Assembly: GCA_964019425.1 (NCBI GenBank)
Contig: OZ025797.1
Coordinates: 806,001-870,000 of the forward strand
Source of the DNA: Flectonema sp. DT1601
Taxonomy: Eukaryota
Length of the DNA: 64,000 bases
Direction of reading: 5' to 3'
Each line of letters starts with the position of its first letter. The stretch's first letter is position 1. Below, piece by piece: positions 1 to 10,900 of this stretch. The notes beneath the pieces were generated by a model. It was not told where the DNA came from and made no database searches. It was given only the letters and a program-made list of their open reading frames with translations. The position numbers and the translations under genes are program-made.

Positions 1-326
1 TTCATTGATCCACCTGACTGACTGCACAAATCACCACAATATGATAGTTGTTTGGCATACAACTCCTCATAATACTTTTCAGCATTCTCTGGGCTTGTGT
101 CGGTTTTCGTGTCTGCGGGAACTGCTTCAATTTTCTTTTTGCTAATAGCTGCCGGCTGTTGTGTCCGCGTTACTGGATTTGAAGTACTTTGCTGCCGCTT
201 TTTGAGAACCGCCTCGTCTTCGATCTTTAACTTGACTTCCATCGGTCTGGCTTCATAACCGACTATCACAATTGCTACAATAAGTACAACAACGAGTAGT
301 ACTTTACGGCCTTGTGCTTCTGACAT
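1..326 (-). CDS. Type II (signal-anchor) membrane protein; 5' part only, ORF runs off the left edge and is absent from the ORF track
   Basis: Manual translation from ATG at 326: MSEAQGRKVLLVVVLIVAIVIVGYEARPMEVKLKIEDEAVLKKRQQSTSNPVTRTQQPAAISKKKIEAVPADTKTDTSPENAEKYYEELYAKQLSYCGDLCSQSGGSM..., with no stop before base 1. Short basic N-terminus, hydrophobic helix, then a polar stem. A TTACAG acceptor-like site lies 14 nt upstream of the ATG. Confidence 0.75.
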   Translation of the reverse strand, partial: MSEAQGRKVLLVVVLIVAIVIVGYEARPMEVKLKIEDEAVLKKRQQSTSNPVTRTQQPAAISKKKIEAVPADTKTDTSPENAEKYYEELYAKQLSYCGDLCSQSGGSM

Positions 327-625
327 AGTGTGATTTATATCTGTAATAGAGATTGTATTTAAACGACATCGTGCAACTCTTCCATAGGAAATAAGAAAAT
401 CAGTCAAACGTGTAGTTTAAGAGATTTTATTTTATTACTTTTAGAGCAAAGCAAGTAGTTCTTAGTTCTTCCTTGAACACTCAGGAAGAATCCGAATTTC
501 GAGACGCTCACTGATTACGTTAACTCTACTTCGAAGACACAACTGAGGACAAAATCAAACAATCAAAATCAAACGTTCTCTTAAGTTCCCTTCAACATCA
601 TTACTTTTATAATATATTTTGGAGG

Positions 626-660
<35 letters not shown>
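626..660. repeat. Homopolymer A35 (T35 on the transcribed minus strand)
   Basis: Directly visible run of 35 A in the intergenic region. Confidence 0.95.
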
Positions 661-662
<2 letters not shown>

Positions 663-1143
663 TTTTTTTGCTCCCAAATAAAGGAAAATTTATTTTTTAT
701 CACCCAAACAATTCGTTTGCGAGCGCAACCGCCAAAATCCTAATAAAGGAATAGGATAGTTACGCTGCCACAATTCTCTTACCGAACAATGGGTTTGTTG
801 CTACAAAAAAAGAAAATACATCACATTTAGTACCTGAGATACAATGAGAATTCATGCAAAAAGAACATCAACTTACTGTTGTCCATTACTGGCTCTTTCA
901 CAGGCGGGACCTATTAAGTGGCTCCGCGGGAGTCTTGCAATCTTTGTACTTAGGATTATAAACGTATTTTTAGGAAAAAAAAAAAAAGTGATCACTAAAA
1001 TCAGGGACATAAAGGTAAATCCCCACATTTTCAAAAATGATAATAATCTATTTAGGTTCTCACAATCTACCTCGACATTCCTGTGAGTTCTTTGTTGTGT
1101 TACTTTATTCTACTCAGATTAATGTAATTTCAAGGAGTAGTCT

Positions 1144-2529
1144 TCATCCAGCAGCATGAGTTCGATCGTAACTAATTGGTTCACGGTGTGTGAATAACCC
1201 ATCTCCATAACAGTGAGGCATTGCTCCTTTTGCGATTACATAATTCGTTAGGAATGTTTCAAACCGCCGCCCGTACCTCCCAAACCAAGGTTTATGAGCA
1301 AGAAACGTTAGTCCAGAATCAACACGAGTACGATAACTCAAACAGGCAAATGAGAACAATTCCTTAACCCATGAGAATCGATAAAGTGCCGGCTCATTAT
1401 TCCACCAGTTGACTTTTAAACAGGCGATTCTGGTAGTGTTAGCAGAATACTGGTCGCTGTAGGGATATGAGAAAGCGTGTTGTGATACTACAGTCGCTGC
1501 AAACTCACGAGTCTGCTTAAAATTACGGAGCATCGCAGGGTAGCACATTGACCCCCAACCAGTACCTGTTTGAAATGACGCGAGTTCCTTGCAAGTCCAG
1601 ATCTCACACTCTGGAGTTAAGACTGTTTCAATCTTACTAAGAATTTTCTTACACTGCACATGTGTATTGTCTTCACCAGACTTTTTGGAATCAGCAATTC
1701 GTGACAGACAGTTGGACCAGCAATTCACACCTGTTGCATCATGTGTATCATTTTCTACACTCAGAGAGTTGTTCTTAATGAAAATGTCTTCGTCTTCTTT
1801 GCTTACAAACTTCTTTAAAGATATGAATGGACTCTCGTGAGTAGATATTATTTCAACAGCTTTCGTGAGGTAAGTCCGAACGCGGATTTGCTGCTGTTGT
1901 TGTGTTTCTCCGGCCAGTCGTTGAATGGGACGATCATTTTCCGAAAATAAAATACTGGAACTGGTAGTACTACTGAGCGCGTTGTAGAAGGCGACAGTCC
2001 AAATACGATTCCCACTATTACAAAGTACCTTGACGGATTGCACACCTTCAAAAAGTATTCTTAATACATCGATATCATCTTCGGTACAAGCATTAACATG
2101 AATTACGGTCTCACGATAAGATTGATGTGAAAATACGCCAGCAGCTTTCCACGTTGATAACGTATGTTTTATTATTTGATGACCTTTGTAGGTAGTCATC
2201 ACAACAGCGAAACCTACCTCTCGGTGTATGTCGACTACTTTTGCAAACTCAGAACATGCTGCTTGACCAGTTGATGTATTAATATTCGTAACAACAAAAT
2301 GTGGATCAGTTGTATTTTGAACTCTTGCTGATGTTGTTGGTGTCGGCGTTGACTTGTCCGTATTCACAACAGTTTCTAAAGACTTAGAAATTTTAGTACT
2401 GCTAACAGAAATATCACCAACGACGTATTGCAATTGCTGGTCTTCTACACCCGCCATCCCGTGCCAGAATCCCATAAAAAATATGATCAATATCAACACC
2501 GTTATCCGCAATAATACGCTTGTAGTCAT
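1144..2529 (-). CDS. Putative Golgi-type glycosyltransferase (GT-A/GT2-like fold), type II membrane protein, 461 aa
   Basis: N-terminal TM (LLRITVLILIIFFMGFW) and Ser/Thr-rich stem. Then a GT-A-like pattern: GFAVVMTTYK...LSTW...ETVIHVN...SGNRIWTVAFYNAL...ILFSEND (DxD-like END after a hydrophobic strand), later WWNNEP. Family assigned by motif only. Confidence 0.6.
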   Translation of the reverse strand: MTTSVLLRITVLILIIFFMGFWHGMAGVEDQQLQYVVGDISVSSTKISKSLETVVNTDKSTPTPTTSARVQNTTDPHFVVTNINTSTGQAACSEFAKVVDIHREVGFAVVMTTYKGHQIIKHTLSTWKAAGVFSHQSYRETVIHVNACTEDDIDVLRILFEGVQSVKVLCNSGNRIWTVAFYNALSSTTSSSILFSENDRPIQRLAGETQQQQQIRVRTYLTKAVEIISTHESPFISLKKFVSKEDEDIFIKNNSLSVENDTHDATGVNCWSNCLSRIADSKKSGEDNTHVQCKKILSKIETVLTPECEIWTCKELASFQTGTGWGSMCYPAMLRNFKQTREFAATVVSQHAFSYPYSDQYSANTTRIACLKVNWWNNEPALYRFSWVKELFSFACLSYRTRVDSGLTFLAHKPWFGRYGRRFETFLTNYVIAKGAMPHCYGDGLFTHREPISYDRTHAAG

Positions 2530-2824
2530 TTTTTCTCTTCTACAAAGACTACCAAATGTGTAAATGGACCTTAAGAATGAAAAGTTAACTAAATAACATC
2601 CTCCAATGTCTTAAAGGAGCTCATATATTAGAAAGCAGCGGATGATCAAATTATGTGAGGAATCTGTTCTCGTCGGATGGGCGTTTCCCTTTTTAAGTTC
2701 ACCTGTCAGAACATCAAATTAGATAATTATAAACATTTTACTCACTGCAGTCTCAAGACGGTACATCTGTTAGAGTTCCCAAAGAACACTTAACATAGTT
2801 ACGATCCATCTGCTGGTCTTATCC

Positions 2825-3868
2825 TCAAAGAACTGATGAATTCTTTACATCGATATACGAGTACATATTACTTTGCGGGTTTGTAAGGCTCTTCAAATAT
2901 AAATTATCAACAAAGGTTTTCAGTGCCGTGTGGATCATTGTTGTATCCTCATCGATAGGAAGTGTAGTCAGAACGCTGAGAAATTCAGAAGCGTGGGGCG
3001 CAGTGAATTCGTGTAGAGAGGACAAGCCGGACATCAGTTCCAGCAGGCTAACAATTCTTTTCAAAAGAGAAGTCGCAAACAGATCTGGAGATATGCGGAG
3101 TCGGAGGTTCTCAAGAATGATGTCCCGAAGAGAATATACGACCTGCAGAGTTAGAGAAATTAAACCAACTTGGACACACTCAACTAACAAACGATCTCCA
3201 ACAGTATTCGTACAAACAAATATTAAATCGAAGAGGGAAAGCAGCAGTTCTAAGTTTGGATACTTTTTCGCAGACTCACTCTGCAATAATGTTATGATAC
3301 CTTCGGTTAATAAATCATCAATTCGCTTTTGAAGGTCATCACTAAAATTACGACTCGCTACCAACAATGAAGATAAGAATCTAAATCCAGGAATGGTTGA
3401 CATACTTTCTTCAACAGTCAGTGCCACAGCTTCAACTGCTCGCTGAATATTTTCTTCCGAGTCGATGTGTTGAATATCACCACTCGAGGCGAGGCACATT
3501 CTGTTTAATATCTCAAAAGATGCCCCGCGAACTCCCTCATTCTCCACCTCACTGCGGCTAACTCGTAATACCACATGGTATAAGTTAGAATTATTTATAT
3601 TTTCCCAAAGATACCTGTCGTAGTCTTCAGACATGCAACTCATCGCCATGTGTCGGAGACACCACAAAGCATGTCGACCGAGTTCTTGGTCGTATCCCCA
3701 TTCAGTAATGAGTTTTACAAGGATCTTCCTTATCGATTCATTTATTAAAGGAATGTTTTGAGGTCTCATTCGTTGTAATCTCTGCAGACTATCGAGGACA
3801 CAAACACGGTGCTCGGATGACAGAGACGCAGAAAGCTCATTCAACAACTGAGCACCGTCCGACTCCAT
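2825..3868 (-). CDS. Leucine-rich all-alpha protein, ARM/HEAT-repeat-like, 347 aa; function unknown
   Basis: Long ORF with repeated amphipathic helices (ELGRHALWCLRHMA, VRGASFEILNRMC, LLLSLFDLIFVCT, LLKRIVSLLELMS). The 3' end may be extended by short introns (see findings). Confidence 0.65.
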   Translation of the reverse strand: MESDGAQLLNELSASLSSEHRVCVLDSLQRLQRMRPQNIPLINESIRKILVKLITEWGYDQELGRHALWCLRHMAMSCMSEDYDRYLWENINNSNLYHVVLRVSRSEVENEGVRGASFEILNRMCLASSGDIQHIDSEENIQRAVEAVALTVEESMSTIPGFRFLSSLLVASRNFSDDLQKRIDDLLTEGIITLLQSESAKKYPNLELLLSLFDLIFVCTNTVGDRLLVECVQVGLISLTLQVVYSLRDIILENLRLRISPDLFATSLLKRIVSLLELMSGLSSLHEFTAPHASEFLSVLTTLPIDEDTTMIHTALKTFVDNLYLKSLTNPQSNMYSYIDVKNSSVL

Positions 3869-4580
3869 TTCATATCATGAGCGTAGTCAGTACTGTGAGA
3901 GAATATTATAAAAGTGATCTCTCCATTGAATTCAGTTGATCAGGTAATTGCTTAACAACCGTGGCAAAGTGACCACGTTTGTTGCTGGAATCGGAAAAGC
4001 CACCATCACAGACTCCATTATATCTCACTAACATATTATGTTAACTATTGTAATTAATAGAGTAGAGAGTTATTGCTATGACTGAAGTTGAGTCACTTCA
4101 AACAATCTAATAAAATTTCTTTCGAGGGACAAAAAAAAACTACTTTTTTAATTTTATTTATTTCTCTCTTGCTGCTGGGGAGTTTTCTCTGAAAGTTCCC
4201 TGACAAAATATAAGACACCCCTGACCGATTTCAACGAATGATCGTTATCGGATCTTGTTAAGGATCGGATGCTGCCTTAGACTGGTTCCAGAGCCGCACA
4301 ATAATCCGACACGTGAGACTCTACGAAGTATCTAATGAAATAAAAAAATAGAAATAGCGGCTGCCGACTAGGATGAGACAAATATGAACAGAAATGGCAC
4401 CGAGTAAATATCAATAAAGTAAATCTAATCTATTCTATTAAAGAAGTTATTAATCGTTAAAATAAGAAATGGAAATGTGGGTATCGCTTACAAGTGTTCC
4501 AGGCAACAGCAACTGTTTTTAACAATAATTAGTTCCTCGCTGTCCACATGGACAACAACAAAGTTAGTATCTGAACCATT

Positions 4581-6317
4581 TCAGGGCTGCATTATAGGTT
4601 TGAGTCCTCCCCTGGACCCTTTTCTGGGTGGTAAAGATATACCTGACAGCGCCTCATCATCAAAGAATAAATCATTATCAGCTGAGAGTATTTCTTGTAG
4701 AGACGGTTGCTCGGGGTTCACAAAAGAAGAGTTTCGTTGCCCGACATTAGAATGACGGAGTTCAGATGAAATCGGTGGCGGGGCGTTGGATTCTCTGATC
4801 CAAACCTGACGCTTGAGCTGCTCTCGAGAGTAGCCATCCAGTTCGCCGAGTAGCTGTTTTACTTTTTTGTCAATTGTTGACTTCGTTATGCGTTCAAAGG
4901 AGTCGTCAACTTTGCAGTTTATCGATCGGGTGATCTTCTTTTCAATCGCTTTGGCCCATTTAGACAGCGTTGGTTTAATCCATTCCAGTACCAGACCTTG
5001 CATTTCCGCAGCAGGGAATCCAACGCTTGCTAGAGTGGTTTCTTTTTCAACTGCAGCTGTTCGCTGCTGTTCTTCAAATTGCTGCTGATTTTGCTGTTGT
5101 TGGGCTTCTTGTTCTCCGCGAACTTCAAGAATAGCGAGTATACGCTGTACTTGGTTCTCACACCTCGCTAGTCTATCATCATATGATTTCAATACAGTTA
5201 CCCATGCTGGATCAGATTGGTAATGAGGTTGTATAATATGATGATGTGTTGTACTTGTTTCATGTGGAGTACTTGAAGCAGTTCTAATTCCGGAACAGTT
5301 CTCATGATCAACAAACCCGCTGGTGTTGTGCGCGGCTCTGGCGCCAGGGTTGATACGAGAAGCAGATGGATGACTGACAGCATCGTGCATAAGGGTACTA
5401 CTGCTTCTCGGACTTACATCAGATTCAATTTGATCACCAAGATGACTTGGACAGTGAGCTGGTAATGTCGGTGTTGGAGAGTGCGGAGCAGGAGAGATCC
5501 CTCCAGATGAGCTTTTTAAGATCGATGAATGTCTCACTTTGTGCAGCTTTCTAACTTCGCTGTCGAGTCCATTTAACACATCCGACAGTTTCGTTTTTTG
5601 AATTCTGCGACGCACTGATCCGTCAGCAGAGTCTTTGAGACCTGGTGGGGTTGGGGCCTTTTGCTCTTCAGGTTGATGAGACTGTTTTGCGGGTACTCTC
5701 AAACCATTTGAATATATTCCAAGTTCTTCAGCTAATGCCATTATATTTGATCCTGGAGTAGCTGCCGGAGTACGTTGTTGTTCAAGTACTCGCTCCAATT
5801 CATTAACGCTACAATTCGATGAGCTGCGCAGAGTCACAGGTTTTGGAACAGATGGAGTCGGGCTGTGCTCAAACAGATATAATCTATTTATAGGAACAAA
5901 TAGGTCATCCATAAATTCCATTGTCACAAACTGATGAGTCATTGGAATGCAACGCTTTAGCTCCCAAATTTGATATCCCTTCCCTGGTAGTGTAATACCT
6001 TTCAGTCGTCTAGTCATGGTGTCAGGTGTTACTCCAGAGTAAAATATGACTGTTCTTTGCACCGAGTCAGAACCGTCCCATCCGATGTATTGAAGAGAAG
6101 GATGTCCATTTAGTAGTTTTATTGTCACCTTCTGTTGTTCTCCTTCACCACACCAACAGCCTCCCTCAGATAATATCTCGTTGGGGTTATCGCCTCCAGC
6201 CTGTTCTATGCGACAGCCGTTAGACCAGCTTGCCCAGTTTGGGTTTTCATCCGAGTCGTTTCCTAGCTGAGAGTGGTGTACGGGACTGACAAACGGACTG
6301 GCATCCGAAACAGACAT
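4581..6317 (-). CDS. Protein with N-terminal galactose-binding-like (discoidin/APC10/IFT25-type) beta-sandwich, disordered Ser/Pro/His-rich middle and C-terminal coiled coil, about 578 aa
   Basis: NWASWSNGCRI...NPNEIL...CWCGEGEQQKVTIKL...YIGW...TVIFYSG...LPGKGYQIWEL...HQFVTMEF...INRLYLFE fits a jelly-roll pattern. Heptad-like YDDRLARCENQVQRILAILE and a Q-rich segment follow. A possible 130-nt intron at 4513-4642 would change the C-terminus. Confidence 0.7.
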   Translation of the reverse strand: MSVSDASPFVSPVHHSQLGNDSDENPNWASWSNGCRIEQAGGDNPNEILSEGGCWCGEGEQQKVTIKLLNGHPSLQYIGWDGSDSVQRTVIFYSGVTPDTMTRRLKGITLPGKGYQIWELKRCIPMTHQFVTMEFMDDLFVPINRLYLFEHSPTPSVPKPVTLRSSSNCSVNELERVLEQQRTPAATPGSNIMALAEELGIYSNGLRVPAKQSHQPEEQKAPTPPGLKDSADGSVRRRIQKTKLSDVLNGLDSEVRKLHKVRHSSILKSSSGGISPAPHSPTPTLPAHCPSHLGDQIESDVSPRSSSTLMHDAVSHPSASRINPGARAAHNTSGFVDHENCSGIRTASSTPHETSTTHHHIIQPHYQSDPAWVTVLKSYDDRLARCENQVQRILAILEVRGEQEAQQQQNQQQFEEQQRTAAVEKETTLASVGFPAAEMQGLVLEWIKPTLSKWAKAIEKKITRSINCKVDDSFERITKSTIDKKVKQLLGELDGYSREQLKRQVWIRESNAPPPISSELRHSNVGQRNSSFVNPEQPSLQEILSADNDLFFDDEALSGISLPPRKGSRGGLKPIMQP

Positions 6318-7988
6318 CTTGTGTGTTCTAATGTTTTAAATAATTGATAATTGATATATTCAAAACTTTCATATCCAGCAGTAGTATCCCAACAACATAT
6401 TAAATACCTGAATGAGAAGATGTAATGCACAATTCCAAAAAAAAAGTACTCCAACCGAATATTAGCGCTTTAGGGGCCGGGGTCGGGAAGGGGAGGCAAA
6501 CTAAGTGCACTAAATCATTTTCGTGTTTTATAACGAGAAAGTAAGTAACAGACATTAGGGGAAGGGAATAGTAAATGTTTAAAATAACAAGAATATTGTA
6601 AAGAATTCCTACCAACCTCCTCATTGATCATTATAGAAATAATGCCATGAGGTGTGGTATAAATTAAGAATGGTTTTTTTGGGTTTCCTTTTACTAACGA
6701 GAAAACCAACCCAGTGTAGAAAGAAATGCTACAACCCAGTTAATGGATTGCTTAACTTTTTTTAAATTTTTTTAAATTTCTTTTTTTTGGAAACTTTTCA
6801 AGACAATTGCCATCGCGCTCAGCGAGAGAATTGGAGGATTTGTAATTCCCAAAACAAACAGAACGGCACTAATGTGAAAAAAAGAAAAAAAAAAACATTT
6901 AACGAACAACATTACAACAATAATTATTTGTTTAAAAAGACTCAAAGCGATTCGCAATAATTTCGATACACGATATCACACTGCTTACCAACATAACCCA
7001 GTGTAGTCCCCCCCGGGAAGGGTTCAGGTAGCAGGCAATTCAACTTATCAATGAAGATCAATTTAAACAGCAACAACAATCATCCTCACGATATCGTATC
7101 CGTGAATAATAAGAATGAAAACTTCTTGAAGAGATTGACAAACCGCCAGAAGCGGTATTCAAATAACCAAAAAAAGTAATTCAAATTTTAATATTAAATG
7201 AGACTAAAAGAGGAAGAAGGTAGACAGGTTCATTTCCTCAAAAAAAAAAAATAATAATTTAAAACATATTTAGAGAAGGCAAGACTAAAACATGAGAAGA
7301 ACAAAAAGAAGTCTTCCTTAGTAAAATAGAACATTTTAGTACTTGTGTGTAAGTAGCGCGGCATTACACAAAACCAGAGATCCCATTAGAAGATCAAAGG
7401 ACACTTTCCGTATACGGAGTAAGACAGAGGAGAGAAGACGACTACTAAATCGAAGATAACAAACTACTAGTGACAAACAAAGGCTGTCAGTAGTGTGAGA
7501 AGACAGAAAGAAGACGTTTACTGTGAATAAATAAAAAAACTTAAAAACGTCAAGAACAATGAGGAGAATAAAACAAAATACCTCTAGTCTTCTTTTCCAA
7601 AGAGAAGTGAGGGAGAGTACTCTGGTTTCGCGTTCTTTTCGTTGTTGTTTTCCTTTCCCCTCCGTAACCGAAGGGGGTACAACATCTAATTATTAATTTT
7701 CTTCTAACTGAAAAGGTACTACAGAACGACAAATAAACAAAAAGAAAATATTAGCATTCAGAGACGCCTGAAGATGAATAAAATTTTACAAAGAAACAAA
7801 AGCTCATTTATAGAACTTTGTTTGCAGAATGAAAGGAACTAAAACTTGATGTGGAGGGCAACAAACTAAAAAAAGGGCAAGACGTATGATCTTGCTTCCA
7901 ATAAACAAGTACAAAGAACGAAGGAGGGGAGGGATGATCTTAAGAAGAATCGCACATAACAACTCAACAAAGAAATATAAAAAATATA

Positions 7989-10900
7989 TCATCCAACTGT
8001 ATCCCCACGTGGGGACATCTCACGTGTCTGAGTAGTACTCGCAACTGCTCCAAATACGTCTGTTGGTGAGTCATCAAGTTTCTTAGCACCTTCATAAGGT
8101 CGTATGAATACCCACCAGGTACCAAATAACATTATTACTAACAGTACTCCAGCTACAACAAAAATCAATACAAGTACAGCACCAGAAACTACATCTTCTG
8201 ATGATGTTTTAATTATGACGGGTACTTCAGTTGGTTTCTCTGTTACGACTGGAATCTCAACATCATCTCCTCCTGTTTTCGGATCTTTCTCAACATTAGA
8301 ACCCGTCACAATATGATACGGAGGTACGTAGTCACTGAATTCTCCAGAGCGTTGTGTCGCTGACTTGTTTGCTTCTCTGTTTTGATATTATTAGAAACCT
8401 CCCTTCTTGGCAATTAAAAGAAAACAATTATAACAATTCGATTTACAGTAAAAACACATACCCAGTCAAAGCTTCACTACATTCAAGCAGCTGAGAGGTG
8501 TTTCCGGTAAGTGAAATGTCAAGTGTTGTATTCTGTTTGTTTGTTTTATTATGTCTCGTCTTTTCGCAATAAATCACTAAAACTAAAAAGGATTTAAGTA
8601 AGTTAACATACATATATCAACCCATCCAAGGTCACTACAGATCTTGAAGCTCCAGGTGAGACGACACACTGTGACCATAAAGTCTTTGTTAAGTATTCAG
8701 GGCATACTCGAGAGACAGAGACTATGATATCGCTACACTTTAAGAGATTCAATATAATTGAAATAACGTCTTGAGGATTAACATTGATGGGCTGCTTTTG
8801 AATATGAATTCTATAAGTAGACGACAGAGACGACTGATCCGGTACATCAGTTTGTACAACATCAGGAGATACCGTCTGTGGTGTTGGAGTTACTGGAGGT
8901 GGTACTGTTGGTTTATTTGGTTTCCAATCTGAATCGCTACCCGTAAAGAAGACTGCTAATGTTGCTGGTAATCTTTCAACTTGGCAACTTGCTTTTCCGT
9001 TGCCAACATGTGCTGTGACAACACCTGTTTGACTCCACGTATTGTCCGATTCTTTTATCGCACAACTAAAACCTGTCGACAACATCTGATGCTGACATCC
9101 TTCACAAGTAATATCAATAACATGATATGACTTTTCTATTTCTGTAATATTCGGTGAGGCATTCTTGACACTCACGACTCCACTGACAGCTTTCCATGTG
9201 GAGGGAGTCAGGTAGACATTAGCAGAGCGACCCATCACAACAATCGAAAGCCATTTCTCCCCAACGGGATATTCAAGTTTTCCAAATGATAAATGAATTG
9301 AGAACTCATTCACAGATATACTTCTCTGAACATTACGACCAGCAGTCAAAGACAACTTCACAACAGATCCAACGTGTGCTCCAGCAAAGCCAGCAGGAGT
9401 AATGTAAGGCACTTCATTAGTAACACGACTTGCAAGGACTGCATAAAGAAATGCTTCCATCACGCTATCAATTGCAAGATTAGCTTCCATTGTACTCGCC
9501 GCAGATCTGTTGATTGACTGCAGATAATATTGCATATTACTAACTGCGCGCAGAGTATTACTTTGGAGAATCTCAGGATTTATATCAACGAGTGCATCCC
9601 AAGTAGGTAGTACCACTACAAGTAACTGACAACAGGTAATAATGTCACTAACTGATGTCACTGGAGTTACATCAGACAGCTGTGCTATTGCTGATATAAC
9701 TTGATGTGGTGACAGAATAATTCCAGATCGAATCTGAGCATTCTTCACATCCACATACTGTTGAAGTAATGATTTCTCTCCCCCAACCTGCAACACAGAA
9801 ACATGTCGACTGAGTCCCGTCCCAAGTAAAGTAGCTCTCTCAGTGTCTAATATGGCTGCACACATACTCAGGTAAGCGGATGGATCTCCACCTTGTTGTA
9901 AAATGCTATTTATCGACGCCATACAAGCGGCATTCGTATCAGTCGTGGGTGCTGCGGTCACATAAACAAAAGTTGCAATTTCCCCAACAAGTCCATTCGC
10001 ATCCCTCACTTCAGCTTTGATTTCAAGACCTTCAGGAGCTTCAGGAAGAATGATGTTACTCAGTACTGTTGCTGCTTCAAATCCATTTGTGAGGAGCTCC
10101 GTGGTACCCGGCAGGTAGGGCATTGTTGCAGGACGAATGTATGAAATTTGATAAGTAAAAGGTCCACTTCCAACTACTTCACCAACAGTGAATGTCCAGG
10201 GAGATCTTAAAGCAATTCCAACAGTAGTATCAGTCTCTGAGCAACCCATTATTGTTGATGTACATACTGCACTGAGTCTACTCATTTCTGGTGGTGCAAA
10301 AATATCAATTTCTCTTGTCGCGCACACCGGAAATACTCCAACTGCCGCGCATAACTCGAAGACATATCTCCCAGGCTCTAAGACCCCTCCGTTTACCTTT
10401 ATAACACGACTTCCTACTATTGGTGTAGAAGTCATCGTGTCTTGTAACTTCAATCCAGAAGGGGATGCTATTCTCCAATAGAACAAAGTATCAGAAAGTG
10501 GCAAGTTAGCACCGCCTGTCATGACAGTTGGAGTCATGTGACTTTGAGGGGCAGTGTCATGTGAAATAGTAACAACGAGATTAGGATCAGCGCTTTGATA
10601 AGATTCGTAACGATTAATAATTTCAGTGGTATCCTCCGCATGAGGACAAACATATATTTCATCAATCGCTACATTTGGAGTACCAATTCCAATCTCAAAC
10701 TCATGATCGCTTTCCGGTTGTAGAGGAGTTGAACTCAACGAAGCGCCGTCGCAAACCTGATTAACGCAAATAAAGACGTTGTTGCTCTTTATGATAGCCG
10801 TCAAGTACTGCCAACTGTTGGTGTTGAGAGCCTGCGTTGATGTAACTCTTGAACTGCTATCAACTTCAACAGATGGAAACAGTTGCTCATTCACTGGGTC

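Noticed and set aside
3905..4038. Possible upstream coding exon for the ARM-like gene
   Set aside because: Splicing to the TCACAG acceptor at 3893 meets in-frame stops before the main ATG, and I found no donor/acceptor pair that joins the frames.
4200..4340. Slightly GC-richer intergenic stretch with ATCCGA/TCGGAT words as a possible ncRNA
   Set aside because: No tRNA cloverleaf, no C/D box pair and no recognisable snRNA or SL RNA sequence; an Infernal/Rfam search would be needed.
6708..7006. 12-bp direct repeat AACCCAGTGTAG (6708-6719, 6995-7006) as a target-site duplication
   Set aside because: The enclosed 275 nt show no terminal inverted repeats or coding features and have no second copy in the window; insufficient for an element call.
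6263..7992. Short 60-74 aa ORFs between the 578-aa gene and the giant gene, and 844-1086 on the plus strand
   Set aside because: Low-complexity Phe/Ile/Lys-rich translations of AT-rich UTR or intergenic DNA, many with non-ATG starts.
7989..8309. Stand-alone 106-aa membrane protein gene
   Set aside because: No ATG start; the frame extends upstream to an ACAG acceptor at 8377 and is better explained as the last exon of the giant gene.
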